A DNA stretch of 64,000 nucleotides, from positions 2,929,416-2,993,415 of the forward strand of contig OZ316897.1 in the NCBI GenBank assembly GCA_973895155.1. Direction: 5' to 3'. Numbering within the stretch: position 1 is the stretch's first letter; each line of letters opens with the position of its first letter. Both the position numbers and the translations under genes were made by a program. Positions 11,211 through 25,000 of this stretch are shown here, one piece after another. The DNA comes from Marsupella aquatica. Lineage: Eukaryota > Plantae > Marchantiophyta. The notes below the pieces were generated by a model. That model saw only the letters and a list, made by a program, of their open reading frames with translations, had not been told where the DNA came from and made no database searches.

Positions 11211-12790
11211 CAGCAGTCACCGCCAAGAATGTATGCACGAAACAGACATGAAGGGATCGAATATATATGTGCGTTCCAGACTTTCATGCCAGACAGTGGC
11301 CAAAGTTAAAATGAACTAGTTTTGAGTTTACGACTCTGGTAACCGGAATATTCTACAGTGATGCAGTCTTTCATGTCAATGGCCAGTGTTTCACCACCAT
11401 TCAGGTACCTAAAGCCCGAACTAATTTTAGCTTTGGGACTTTAGCTAAAGATGGAAATATTTCCATCTAGCTTTGGGACTCTGATAACCACCAAGCACGA
11501 ATGGACTACTTTTCAGCTGGCCACTTATGATTGGCCAGTATTCACGGGATTTCCATCTGGACTTATTTCCAACTGGACTCTGTGCATTCGCTGCATGTTG
11601 TTACCGTACGTACTTACCGACACCTTGCAGGAGCCCATGGGCCCCGGATTTGCGAGCTGCGTCCACTATTCTGCACGATGCTATGTATCAAAAGTCGAAT
11701 TCAAGATATATTCTATTTCAGATTTGGTGTACTGCAAGGGATTGTGACCTGTCCCACTTGGAATTCAACTATTTGGGTTATCTGAGAATGCAGTTCAAAG
11801 GAAGTACAGTGCAGGAAGTTAGAGATCATGTCTTAATTCCGACGTCCAATTGAAGATTTTATGTCAAAAACTGCGCAAACGGTGAAGTCCATGCATGGGA
11901 TTGTCTCAAGAATTCCATTCTGTTTGTGTCTGCAAAAAGGGCCTACAGTGCAAGCACTTCATTCCATTGCTATTCCTTTTGCATCTTCTGTTGTCGGCAA
12001 AAGCAACTACGAGTGTCCTATTGAGTGCCCCCGATGCACAAAATTATCAGAGTCCCACTTATCATTACTTATTGAGAACTCGGATGCATATATATTGAAA
12101 TGCTCCACAGAGAGTTCCGGAATCTTTGCTTCACCTTTTTCTTTTAATATCTTTGCTTCACCTTTTTCTTTTAATAAAGAGGCCGCTAAACTTCAAGACA
12201 GTCAGATTATTGCCGTGTTAACAGAGTTTGTTGTATTCTGTGATATTCTTGCACCCCCGATGAGTTTCTTAGTAGCTTCCGCGTCATAGGATCATGAATA
12301 TTCGAGATTTCATAATAATTGAGCTTCGACATGCCCCTAAGTGGAGATCTCTTCTTCATGAGGGATGCATGGCGTTACTTATAAAGCACAAGTTGGAACT
12401 TCTTTAATCTGCCTCCGAGTTCAAAAAGTTCTTCTTATCTTTCTAATTTAAGTTATGATTGAGCTTCAAGATGCCAGCTTCAAGATGCCTCTTGACTGTA
12501 GATCTCTTGTTCATGTCGGCTGCACGCCATTGGTTATAAAGCATATGTTTATAAGTACGTGCATACACCTCTTTCATTCTAACTAGGAGAGGATTTGATG
12601 ATTTTCTCGGGGACAAGCCGATAACTGTATCGGCTATGAAGATGACCGTCTCGTCGTCTTGACAAATAATACTGATCGACGTATATTAGACAAACGAAGT
12701 AGAAAATATATATAGAGAGAGAAAAGATCGTTATAATTTACAACTCTGATATAAAAGGAAAAGACGTGGAATGTTTTTGGTTGATGTTAA

Positions 12791-15700
12791 TTAATGTCTA
12801 GGCCTCTTGAACCTTCTTCTCTCAATTGGCGAGTTTGATGGTTCAGAGTGCTCCGTTTCAGTGCTCCGTGAGCACGGTGAGGTCTCATAGTTGGGAGAAC
12901 TTTCTGGTGAGCTGAGCGGACTCTGACCATGGCGTCGATGCGAATCAGACTCTTGTAAAGACTGAGAAGGCTCGGGAATTTGAAGGATCAAAGCATTTGG
13001 GGGATGCGTGCCTGGAATGACCGGTGGGCTCCCAGCAGGTGAAGGATTTGTTAGGGGTAGAGATAGATTTTCAGGACTTTGAGAGGGTCTTGCTTGTGTC
13101 GGACTGTGATGATAGTGAGGAGACGAAGGATGTTGAGAACTTTGCCCGACTTGGAAATCTTCCCCAAATAATGAATGTTGTCGTGAACGTTGGCCATGTG
13201 GGGATTGTGGAGGACTTTCTCTTGGACTCTCCTCGGGGGAACTGTTTGACCTTGGTTTTTGCTTGCTTCTTCGCCTTGGATCCAGGAAAAGCTTTTGTCT
13301 GACTTTACCATAGGATTGTAAAACGCTCTCAGCGTAATCAGCTCCTAAAAGAATGAGATTTTTGGTACCCTGGAATCACCAAGTCGAGAGGCAACAAATG
13401 AGGTGTCAATTGTTTGTTGTTTTCCAGACTCTTTTAACTCTGATTGTTCTCCAATAGAAAGCAACAATTCGAGTCTTAAGACTTCCTATTCATTGCCTGA
13501 ATTGGGAGACAAACTGATCAGAAATGCAAACATGAATATTCGTATTGTGGTTCACTACTCAGCTGGACGAAGGCACTAGGAATAAGGCTTTCAGAGGACG
13601 AACCGAAAGACGGGCCGAAAGAATGCCAATAAGAACTAAAATCAATCCGTTTGTATAGAATTACAAGTGTTGAAGTCCAGTCTTCAGTAATCAATTCTTA
13701 CAATAATATTGTCCAAATAAGATGTTCTATTCAACATAACCAGGGTTTCCTTAAAAGTGTCGTCTGGTGTTATTATCCGGGGAAAACTGTTTTGAGGCGA
13801 AAGCAAACAGTTTCTAAATGCTACGGTTGAAATGGTGGTAAACTACCTTCAGGTTGGAACAATTCAGGCAGTTTTAAAAACATCAACATAACCTGCCGCG
13901 AAATGAATGAGAATAAACACTGAATTAAACCAACAAAAAGATATTTATCAAGGAAGACATTCACCTTGATGAAGTCAAATTCGTCATTGATAACTGATAC
14001 CCTGAGCTTCTGTAGCACAGTACTGGCCAATCGTTTTCTCGCCAATGTCAATGGATGAGAGTACTCATTTCTGTCACGTTTAAGTGGTAAAAATTCTTGA
14101 AACAGAGCTCGTATGTCCTACGATAGCCAAAGATTAAAGTCGTCAAAGGTTGGAAGTACTGTATCTTTTCAAATTCACGTTCTGTTTAAGAACTATGAGC
14201 AGCATTCTTATTTACAAATCCAGGAATCTCATTATCAATGGACTGATATGCATGTACTCACAGAAGGGCACTCAAAGCCATTGGTGCGAGCATGATGCTT
14301 AAGATAGGTCTCTCCTGCAAGTAGCAAATCCTCCACACTTTGAAGCCTTGCCTGGTCCAATGAGTTGAACCTGCCCATTGTGTAATTCTTCAAAACTGAG
14401 TAGTAATGGACTTGTTTTTGCACCCTGCATCACAGGAAAGGATACATCATGTCCTTTGCCTTGCAAACACTGGCAGGTGATCTAATTGTACCTTACCCTT
14501 AATAGCCACTCGCTGGATCATAGTGTAAGTTAAGACTTGAGTCATTAATGTAGCGACGTCTAAGCGATGTTCTTTAGTATTGTTAATATTTGGTAGGTAT
14601 CGAAATAGAGGGCACAAGGATGTTGGCATTGTTGTTACTTGCAAGCCGTCTTAAGTGAAAACCTAATTAATTTTTTTTGTTTGGGTCACATATACATCAC
14701 CTAAAATCACACTCCCTTGTAATGATCGCTTTCATGTCTGCATTTGTCCATGACTTGTACAATAGTTGCAGACCCTGATTTGCTACTGCCAAAAGACCGT
14801 CGAACACTTCAACCGAAACAAGCAATGCTTGTTGGCCCTGTCATTTATCATAACTGTCATTGAGTATACATGAGTTTATGCGTGACTCGACTTGGCCATG
14901 TCAATACATTGCGATAGATAACATTGTTTACTGTATTTATTGTGCAAAGGCTAACAGCATGTAGTTAGCACCTTCGCAAGCTCCCAAACTGGTTGAAAGC
15001 TTTCCTGCATCTCCTTTAATGAGTTATTCAACACTGCAACTTGTTGGTAATACTTTTGTGCCCATGATCCTTCTGCTGCAACCTCGGGAGGTAAAGTTAC
15101 ACCTAGATCAAAAATTCCCAAGATAAGGGCTAATGTGTCACAGCTGTACCCATTTCGGTCCTACTTTGAACGTTGAGCAAAACACTGCTCCATTGAATAG
15201 CCATAAAACAACAAACGATGTTACAAAAGTGAATGGCGAAGAACTGTGCAGTTGGTGGATAACTGTGCAGTACTTATACTTGGATTCCAAACGAGCATAT
15301 ATCTCCGCCAACTTCAACAGTTGTTGCTTCTCCAAATTGAAGGCGGCATAGGTTAACATATTCAAATATTCCATGTTTAAATTCACTGCTGTGTACTCAC
15401 TGTTTGTAAATCTCGTGAATTGAAATTGAAAAACAATTCCAGAGAATAAAAGAACTCCTTGGTGAACAACCACCGGTTCACGGCAATCATGGAATTGTGA
15501 TTTACGGGTTTTCTTTTAGAAATGGTACAGCGGATTCCTTTTCTCCAAACCGTGTAAGCGAATCCTCACGAACTAAGATGCCTGCGTGTATGCGAGCGTG
15601 CAATCTTCCCTATTAATTTTTATTTCGGTTCATCCCAATTCTGTCTCTGACTATCATTTTTAAAAGCTCAACTACAAAATACGTTCAAATAATAGAGGAG

Positions 15701-16450
15701 AGGAGACCCTCCAATCCAGGCATTTCCAAATAACGGGATCCAGAACAGGAAGGGCCAGCAGAATTTGAATTTAGCACGAGAGAGGAACACTTCAAAATCC
15801 TAAAAAACAAAATTGGAACTAGTGAAGTCTGATGATTATTTACAGGTGCTCTAACTCTCCCTTAACAAGCACGCAAAAAGCCCTCCTTTTAGAGGATTAT
15901 TTTAGAAAATGCTCGAAAGGTTTCTGGACGACGACGTTAATTCTTCACGCCCGATGTCGAGAAAAGGGTTCTGTGACAGGAAGTGAGATTAAGAGATTTC
16001 ACTATGCAAAGGGGCTACAGACCTTGTTTCAATCTAAAATAAATAATCAACTCAAATTCAAAATAGCGAAGAGCCATTTCAGAATACCTCTCTTGTTGGC
16101 GCATAGGTACTTTTCCCCTGTATCGTCGCCTTCCACAACAGCTATCAAGATAGGTGTTTGGTCCCTGTTAGCAATTGCCATGACCTCCTCTGCACTAAGG
16201 GACTCAATTGGTGACATGGGCCACAACTTTGTTTTCATCCTTCTCCCTGGAAGGTCCGATAAGGAAGTTATATCATGTGCATCATGTGAAGAGGGACATT
16301 CCTCGTACTCTCCTTCGTTGCGAGTGCTTGCTGGATCTGTCATCTTTGTATGGTCCCTCTTAACGAGCCTTGTCGTGTTAAGTCTTCTTCTTCCTCAACT
16401 AGTTGTTCCTCTCCTGCGTTTTCCAGATCAAAATTCCAGGAAAGAGGTGG
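12791..16450 (-). pseudogene. Large decayed multi-exon gene of unknown family with a Ser/Pro-rich C-terminus
   Basis: Successive minus-strand coding-like blocks are separated by short GT-AG introns, e.g. LALILGIFDLGVTLPPEVAAEGSWAQKYYQQVAVLNNSLKEMQESFQPVWELAK; GQQALLVSVEVFDGLLAVANQGLQLLYKSW; LPTFDDFNLWLS*DIRALFQEFLPLKRDRNEYSHPLTLARKRLASTVLQKLR. Ends ...PIERRRFKRPRH*. Many stops and several frameshifts. The 5' end is uncertain and may reach about 17085. Confidence 0.65.
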
Positions 16451-17117
16451 TGAATTGTCTTAATCAGCAATTCAAATTCTCCTTTTCATTGTTCTCATGC
16501 CTAATTCATGGTGAATCATTCGGAGTGGCTTTCAAAATCGAAAGCTAATCCTTACTTACAAAGACTACTTGATTTCAAGAGACTTTGACTCTTTTTCTGT
16601 CGCGTCGCAATTATGGCAATGACTAGGTCACCTCTGTTTCTTGGAATGGACTTCTTCGAAAGAATTCGAGCAAAACAGTATTAGGTCACACAATAGCAAG
16701 TACGATTGAATCCCAAAGATTTTGAGACTGAGCGGTCATACGCAATTGTGTCTGTCATTCAATTCATTGTAATGTTCTTGTCTACCACGGGTATGGCACA
16801 ACAATAAAGTACACCCGCAAAACATGCACAGGAGACCACAATGAGAACGCAAGTACGCGGCTCCTCGGACTCAAAAGAGGTTGGCATCCCGTACCCAACG
16901 CGGAGCTGAAAAGCACCGTTGCCGATCACCAGAGGGCCTTTACTCAGGTTCTAGTGTGGCCTCGTTGCTTGGCCTGCCGCTTCGACACTAGCAATTCGGT
17001 GCTACCGCTGCTGCTGCCATCATGAACTGGACGTGTCATGTCTGAAGGGACACCAACTGACGAAGAATTGAGGTTGAGGAGGCATGACGTGACTATATCT
17101 CTCTGTCTTTCGACGAT

Positions 17118-17280
17118 GCTCCTCAATGAGCAATCCCCTGAGAATGTAACAAATGAACAATTTCCAACGTTGCTCCTCATAATGAACAATCTTGAGAATG
17201 TAACAAATGAACAATTTTCAACGTTGCTCCTCATAATGAACAATCCTGAGAATGTAACAAATGAACAATCTCAACAATGT
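17118..17280. repeat. Tandem repeat, ~3 copies of ~54 bp
   Basis: tgctcctca(t)aatgaacaat(c)ctgagaatgtaacaaatgaacaattt(t/c)caacgt is repeated. Confidence 0.9.
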
Positions 17281-17392
17281 CACAGGAACATGTTTAGCTG
17301 GAAATCTTTCTCAATCAGTTGTTACATTCCTGGAAACAAAAGCCAGGATGGCCCAAGACTTTGTCCCTTCCTATCCCCATGGAGTGCATAAC

Positions 17393-17476
17393 GCTTTGAT
17401 TATACACCAAAAAATAAAGGAGGGGATTGCAGCTGCTTTGATTATACACCAAAAAATAAAGGAGGGGATTGCAGCT
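17393..17476. repeat. Perfect tandem duplication, 2 x 42 bp
   Basis: gctttgattatacaccaaaaaataaaggaggggattgcagct occurs twice. Confidence 0.92.
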
Positions 17477-18261
17477 GACTACTTTGACTACCTTGGGGAG
17501 AAAGTAGTGAAGACATCATGGTGATCATGAGAGATCATGAGTAATGGCATGATGTCATGAAGGTAGTCAAGTTACCAAAGAAACTTAGGTAATGTAATTG
17601 AAACTGGCTCCAAGTTACCACAAAAATAGATTGGGTAATGTAATTGAAACTGGCTGCAAATGGTAAGGAGACTGTTTAAAGGTCACATTTCAGTCAAAAG
17701 CTTAAAAAATGTTATCCAAGTCAGTTTAAATGTTATGAGCAAGTTCATCTAAGAATTACAATCCATCTAAGCTTCATAGACAAAGTGCAGGTCCATCCTG
17801 GCTTTAATTTCTACATTCCTATTTCATGTTCAGAATTCAATTCTTGTCTTATGAACGTTCCTCTGAGACTGTCACTTGCCATGCTCTCATTCTGAGAATG
17901 TAACAAATGTTTGAATTTAAGTCCAGTAGACAGTGTAAATGTTACTCTGACAAATGTTTGAGAAAGATCCAGTCTCAAATAGGGTCTTTTATTTCCAAGA
18001 CTAGTTGCTAACCAGTGTCTTCTAGGCTGACATGTTTTAGCTTTGAAGGGTCATTCAATCAAGATGTCAAACTGTCAAAATATTAAAAGTTGGAGTTCAG
18101 ACAAGCGTGATGAAAGCAAGTTGAATTAATTAGCTATAAAGTTTGGGAGTTATTCCAGTGTCTTTATTAGGATACAGGTGCAATTCTGACTTATTTAAAT
18201 ACCCATATTCTAAAATTTATATTTCACTTTGTTTTCCTTTACAATAGTACAATAAGAAATA

Positions 18262-18556
18262 CTAGCCTGACTACCCCTTCCTTGAAAGGAAACACATATG
18301 AAGAAAACAAATCTTGCTCAAAAATGTTCTATGCTATTTTGGTTCATCTTTGCCACATCCTTGTTTTTTGTCCACCCTCATTTCAGTTTTGTCTTTATTT
18401 AGAGTCAATGTCACTTTTGCTCAATCATCCTCATTTTAAGTGTTGTCCTTGTTAAGACTCATTATCGGTCAGTATTGGGAGTTACGGTCTAGAGTCTTCA
18501 CTCTAAGTAGACCATAGACCTTAAAAGTAGCTTTTCTTCGCAAATTCCTAGTAAGA
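18262..18556 (-). mobile_element. Minimal non-autonomous Helitron, family B (295 bp)
   Basis: On the minus strand it starts A|TCttactagg and ends cctttcaaggaagg-ggtagtcagg-CTAG|T (hairpin then CTAG). No TSD. Both ends are homologous to the element at 34792-38254. Confidence 0.8.
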
Positions 18557-21500
18557 TTTTTTACGGACCCCCATGAGGACCGCTTGGAAAAATTCCAAGG
18601 ACCATAGTGCGCCACATCACAATTACCAGCTACAAACATGACTAGTCAGACATTTCTATGAATAAAAAATATAACCGTTGTAGTTGTGTCTGTGCCAATA
18701 CTGTCGTAACTTATGGGTCACCATCCTGTAAAAAAAATTAATTAATTTAATTACAAAGGTCAATTGTAGATGAAATTATTTTTGCTTGTAATTGTTTCAA
18801 TTGCGTTTGGAATTCTGGCAGATTACTATTATTCAAATTCAAGTAATTCATTTAAGCATAATTTAATTAATAACATCTCATGTTATTTATTAAATTAAAC
18901 ATTTTTTTCTTAACTGTGAAACCCCACAAAGGAACAGCTAGTCATTTATTTCTTACACTTTATATAACTTTCATCAAATTTGTATAAAACATATATGCCT
19001 ATCTTTGGATTGCTTGTAGTGCATAAAAGCAATCCAAAGATGATTGAACCTTCAAGCCTGGAGGGCCAACTATCAAAGTGGGCACCCTCCCAAACATCTA
19101 AAATATTGTCAAACTGAGCTTACCTCTTACCACATACTGGCCATATATAGATATGGGGAAGTGTCCAAGACCTCCCCCTTCTTCCAAATTCCACTCACTT
19201 TCTGCTCTATCATGCTAGTCTCGATGCTGGTTTTCACAATTTCAGGAAAAAATTACTTTTAATGGTAGCTACAGGTAACCCATAGCTTTTGAAACCAGGG
19301 CAGGTGTGGTTTAATGTTTTCAAAATCCAAGTCCAAGAAAGTTTTATTCCAACCAAAAAAATCACTTAAACTGGATTGCCTTGCATATACACAAGACTGG
19401 GATCGATCATAAACAAAATATATCCAACTCAACAATTTGCATTAATTTGTCAAATTAACAGTCTGCATATATCGTAGGAACAAGGGGGATTCAAATAAGC
19501 GATTGGCTGAGGGTGGGTGTTCTTTGGAAGAAAAAAAACATGCCAGAAGTACCAACTTGGGTCTTAAAGTGTCCAAGACTTCTCTCTTTTCCACATTGGT
19601 CTCTACCAGGAGACGCTCCACAATTTCAGGAAAATATTCAAAAATGAGTGAAACAAAAATTTAAACAAGAGGCTGAGGGAGGGTACTTTTTGGAAGGGGA
19701 AAAGGAAGCCACGAGGACAAAAAAATTGCCTTAAAAACAACTCTGTGGGACCTTTTCAAATGTTTGCTTTGAAGTTAACTCATCTAATATATTTTCTCTG
19801 TAAGAAATGATTTACACTTTTTGGGTCTCAATAGCTGCTAAGTCCATCCAAGTTGCATAGTTACATACTGTGATCCCTCCAAGAACCAGTTTCTTGGGAC
19901 GGACAAAAGCCAAATTGCAAAACAATGACGATGTCATATAATGTTGGTTTTTGGGGCATGGTCTTTGATGAAACAAAATGGGATAGACATTAACATCACT
20001 TGTCCAGGAAAGACTCTTATGTACGTGTGTCATCAAACATTCGCTATTCGCTAGTTCAGATGAAGTATAATTATGTGCACCACACTCAGCTTTAACACAC
20101 ATAAAAGAAGACAATGGAAAATCAGCCAAAGTTTGATAGAGTAGAAAAGCCATATCATTCAGAAACGTCTTAGAGGACGCTGACTTCATATGGTTTGTCA
20201 GCTACTTGTAACTCCTGTAGAATGTCTTGAGCATGTTTTTGCACAAAACTTTTGAGGTCGACTGTTGTGTACACCATTTATGAATTACAATTTATGAACA
20301 CAGAAAATTATCAAACAGGGACGAGTTCGAAGCCCTATAGGCTAGGAGTTTAAATCGTAAACCAAGAAAGGGAGAAAGCTCCTGCGTAAGAAATCATAAC
20401 ATTACTGGGGAAAGGACAGTAATACTAAGAAAGACGACGCAAAGGCTAAATCATCATCAGAAGAATCATATGTGCTTTCGGATTTTTTATGGAACACTGC
20501 AGGAAAGTAAACCCACCTGAAATGATGAAACTTTTCTTATACTACACGAGCTGGGATTGAGAAACATCTGAGAGGAAAGGCAGATGGTGTGATTGTCATG
20601 GACTGGTTGATCTCGAGTCAGAAGATCGGTCATAGCGAGCCCTCAATCGATCGTCACGTTAAAGCTCATCCAATCACGCCTCCTCGATCGACTGACGGTA
20701 AATTGCATAACGCCCTGTGTTTCCTAGCATGGTGTATAATTCCTACTCGTGCAGTTGATCGTCATACTCGAGAGCATTGGGATCCTCAGATGTCTAGAGG
20801 ATCTCCGGCGTGGATGACAATGACTGTGGACCTGGACGTGGGTTTATTGCCATTGCTACTGCTACCAGCCATCATCAATTAAATGGTATAAAACAAAATT
20901 AAATCAAGCTGGGCCTATGTTCTCCTTGTCGGGAAGGAGAAAACCGAAATATACTAGACAGCAAGTGTTGGGAAGATCCTTCTGAGCTTGTTGAATCAAG
21001 AACCCCAGCCGTTGCCTTCGGTCATGATTGTTAGGATCCACTCCTCTTTGATTCGAGCAGCATCAATCTGAATGGCGCGTCATTGCCAGGTTTTGATGTG
21101 CTGAATGTGAGAGGAAAGATCTGCTTCTAATGGCAGTCAGTAGTGCTCATTCTGCTTCTCGTGATATTGCGACAAGAACAATATATTGTAAGTGATATAC
21201 ATCCAGGACCCTCGAATTAGTGGGTCTCGAATTAGTCTGAACTCTCAATACAAATTTAAATAAGTCAAATTATGCATCAGACTAGTCTTAGGACACACTT
21301 CAAGAACAATGTCGGTACCCACAAAGATAACGTAGAGTGAGCATACGATATTATAAATTTAGAAAGAAAGTAAGGCAGTATTTTATTGTGCAAAGATCAA
21401 TGGAATATCAACACAGGTTTCAATTATAAAATCCCTACACTGGAATCTCCCTCAAAGCTAAATGTAAGTGCAGTGCGTATGCCTTTAAGAAATTAATCGA

Positions 21501-22001
21501 GCATGTGCACATCCTACTAGCTAGTTCACATTTCACCAGAGTAATTAATAAGCAGGTTCCAAAACTCAAGCAAGCAAAGTAAGAAAACTTCCAATGATGA
21601 TGCATGGCAAGAACTGCTCGTTCTGTGGGAGTGAGATATGCATGGAATGATCCCTTGTATGCATACACACATACAAGCTGCCAACCAACTCCATGTGATT
21701 GGCGATTAGACTACAAAACCTGACCCTGTAGCCTATTCAGTGAGCTCGCTATCTCCGTGTTTAGGTAATATATACACCTACACAAAATGCATGTTGATTT
21801 TTTCACCTGTGGTAAATACCTGGAAGCGAAGCTTTAGTGTATCATAACACGACTCAAAATTGCAAAGCCGCTTGAGTTTCTTCCAAATTCTGAGTTAGCC
21901 TGGCTCTAAACTCAAAATTGCAAAAGCCTCCTTGAATATCTCCTGTCGCTTCCACTACTAATAAGATAACAGGCTTTCCTTATCTGTCTTGCAGGATCAC
22001 C

Positions 22002-25000
22002 TTATAGTGGAGATGAGTCACTCGTATAGTTTGAAGTTTGGAGAGGCGATTCATCAGGCATCTGCTCCTCTTCCTTGTCCACTTCCATCACAGCTTTCAA
22101 GGAGCTGATGTGCTTGAACAGGGTAGGCTTCTGCATCAACCCCAACTCTGACATGTTCCACTCGAAAGATGTAGAGTCCGTTGCGAGAACACGTGTATCC
22201 ACTTTCTTGTAGTTGTAACCACTTGCAATAATCATATAAAAGATGAAGTTCACGCCTCCTAGGGCTACCAAAACCCAATAGTAAAGATCTAATCGTTCCC
22301 TACATTTTTCAAAAGCAAAATATCTTCATTAGTTTCAACCGAAGTCTGCCCGAAGTTTTGTTCTTTGAATGTCAACAACGATAGAACATGGAGCAGTCAT
22401 TACAATGGTCAGAAACATTATGTTAACACCGGAACCCCCTAGTTTCCACGTTGATATTCAACTCTGCAAAGGAAAGGTCAGATTTTTGTGGGCTGATCGA
22501 CGCGGAATGCTAACAATAAACTCCATGATTTCCGACTTAGATTAATCCTACCCTATTTTCGAATTCAGTTGCTGCAGTAAAGGTACAAGTCATCCTACCA
22601 TGAAATATATTACCGTAACTTACAGTCTGTCAGTAGTATTCTATTTTCCACAGTTAATTCTCATATCAATGTCATACTTCCATATTAAAACCCACGACTT
22701 AAATGACATTTATTAGTCGCACTTGACTAAATGACCCTCCGATGTGAATTCAAGGAGAAATTAGGATCAGATGTAAAAGAAATGAATCAGAAGGGCTGCT
22801 CAAGCTTAAAGTCTCGGGACAATCTGGAGGGGTCTTAATGTGGCGGAGTTTAAACTAAAAGTGTACAAGTTAACATCTTTGAGGCTGGAACACAGTACAG
22901 TCCAACTTAACTTATAAGTACCAGTGAGTTACCTGTCAGCATGAGTCGACTTGACCCAACCGGGGTGATTGTCGCTCCCGGTGACAACATTCACAATCCT
23001 CGACAGAAGATTCCCCAAAAACAGTGCAACTCCGTAGTTAGCAAAATAGAGGGCAGCAGCCATGCCTCGCATTGAGTCGGGTGCTTGGTCATAGAAGAAC
23101 TCTAATTGGCCAACAGAAGTGAATACTTCGCCCAATCCTTCGAGAATGTACTGCGGACACAGCCAGAGGATGGAGAGTCTGTCATGCTTGCGGCGCTGAA
23201 TCTCCGTCAAAGCAGCTGCCAGCGTAGTGAGGATCGACAAAATCATCCCGATTCCCATTCTCTGGAGGAGAGAAAACCCTCGCTCATTTTTCGTGAATCT
23301 TTCAACCAATGGGACGAGGATGAGATCATAACCAGGGATCGTGAGAACGATCACAAGCGAGGTTATGGCTTGCAAGGAGGCGGAGGAAACAGATCCGCCC
23401 TGTTTGCCAATATTCCTGTCCATAGCTTGACCTTGCTGGACAAAAAATGTTGGAACCTGCCAGTATTACAATGTCCAGAGAACACAAAGTCATAATAAGA
23501 AAAGTTTGACAGTATACGATTGATCCATTCCCTATGTGAAAGAGTCGGCTATTTACGGTAAGAAAAATATCGATTTGTCATTGGCTCTGACCTGAGCCTT
23601 GACAACATTAAACATGAGGGTACCAAGCCAGATCTGGGCAATAGAAAGAACCAGCTTCAGCTCCTCCACTTGGGTAACGGAGCAAAGATTCCACCGACTG
23701 GCAGGGATTGGGCCGTCCACGACTTTCATTGTGCCGATCACAGCTGCTTTGTCAAGGCATCTACGGAAACAATGTAAGCAAACTATGGTCAATTGCAAGC
23801 ACTGTATCAGGAATCCCGAATTGTTTTTGCTAAATGCTTGTAGCCCAGTGTTACATAATGTTCAAATAGGAGTGAACCATCTGGCTTCAAGACTTAGCAT
23901 CAAAGTGCATATATATATTACGCACTGTGGGTGCCCCTCATTAAAATAGTATCTATTCCATGCAACAGGTTGGCTAGCCTACCAGTAATCTTAAAGATTT
24001 GGACAAGAAATAGTCATGGGTAGAATACCGCCGAGAAGCTCAAGCCTTTCTAGTGATTTCTCATTCAATTTAATGATCTTGCAATATTTACCCATTGATG
24101 ACACTGGTTCATGTCCTTCAAAGATATCAAACCTAATGTGAGCTTTGAATTGCCATATTGTCATTCTAGCTTCCTGCTGCTGCTTGTAAACCTCTCTTTC
24201 CCTGCACTTATTGGGCGGTGTATGTTGCTAAATATTAATTAATATTTCCCGAAACATCAGACCATATCCTCGTCATATATGGAGCTCTACATCTCACCAG
24301 TTCTGTAGTTGGCGAGGGAAAGAAGGAACTTCATGTCCATGATCGATCGAGACACAAATTAAGCGGTAGGACTGGCAACGTGCAATATTCATCACGACAC
24401 TTCGAATCACGAAGCAGACCAGGAGTCCAGCGATCATAAGATTACCTAGCAAGGAAACAAGATTGAGCTTCATGTTCTGAACAAGGGATATAGCTCATGT
24501 CTGACTTGACCAAGAAAGAAAGAACGCGCGAGGTATCAAGATATTTACCGAAGACCACGGGTATGGTAAAGCTTTCGTGGACAGGGTTGCACACGAGCAG
24601 TGCTCATCTCGTTCCAAGCCAACCTGTGGTCAAAGATCTCACGCGCCTCGTACAGTCTAGATTCGTCCTGTGGCAGTGCAATATTTCTCTTCCTCACGGC
24701 CGCCACGATCACCTGTGCCATTCTCCTCAATGGGTTGCCATTGCTATGCTTGTACCGGTAGAAAGAAACACCGAGCAGACAGAAGGTGAAGGCCACACAC
24801 GTGCTGATAGTAGAGAATCCGAACTGCCATGCGATGCTTATTTGGTTTTTTGCACACGTTAGCAATGTCCATGTGATCAGAGAACCCAGTGCACCTGAAA
24901 AGAAGAACCAGTTGAAGAAAGAGTTGCGCGATTTCTGCTCGCTTGAATTTCCGTCGTAGAATTGGTCCGCTCCAAAAGCGGGGATAGCTGGCCACACCCC

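Noticed and set aside
15832-16548. 238-aa plus-strand ORF
   Set aside because: It is antisense to the decayed minus-strand gene and has no recognisable motif; probably a shadow frame.
7709-18524. Inverted tctagagtgaagc-ctctagaccgtaactc motifs as TIRs of one 10.8-kb transposon carrying the unknown gene
   Set aside because: Homology extends outward to Helitron-type TC starts, and the 18556 copy has its own CTAG end at 18262. These are independent Helitron 5' ends.
10837-18609. CACTA or Transib-like termini (cactat... / ...catagtg) around the unknown gene
   Set aside because: Only 6 matching bases and no TSD.
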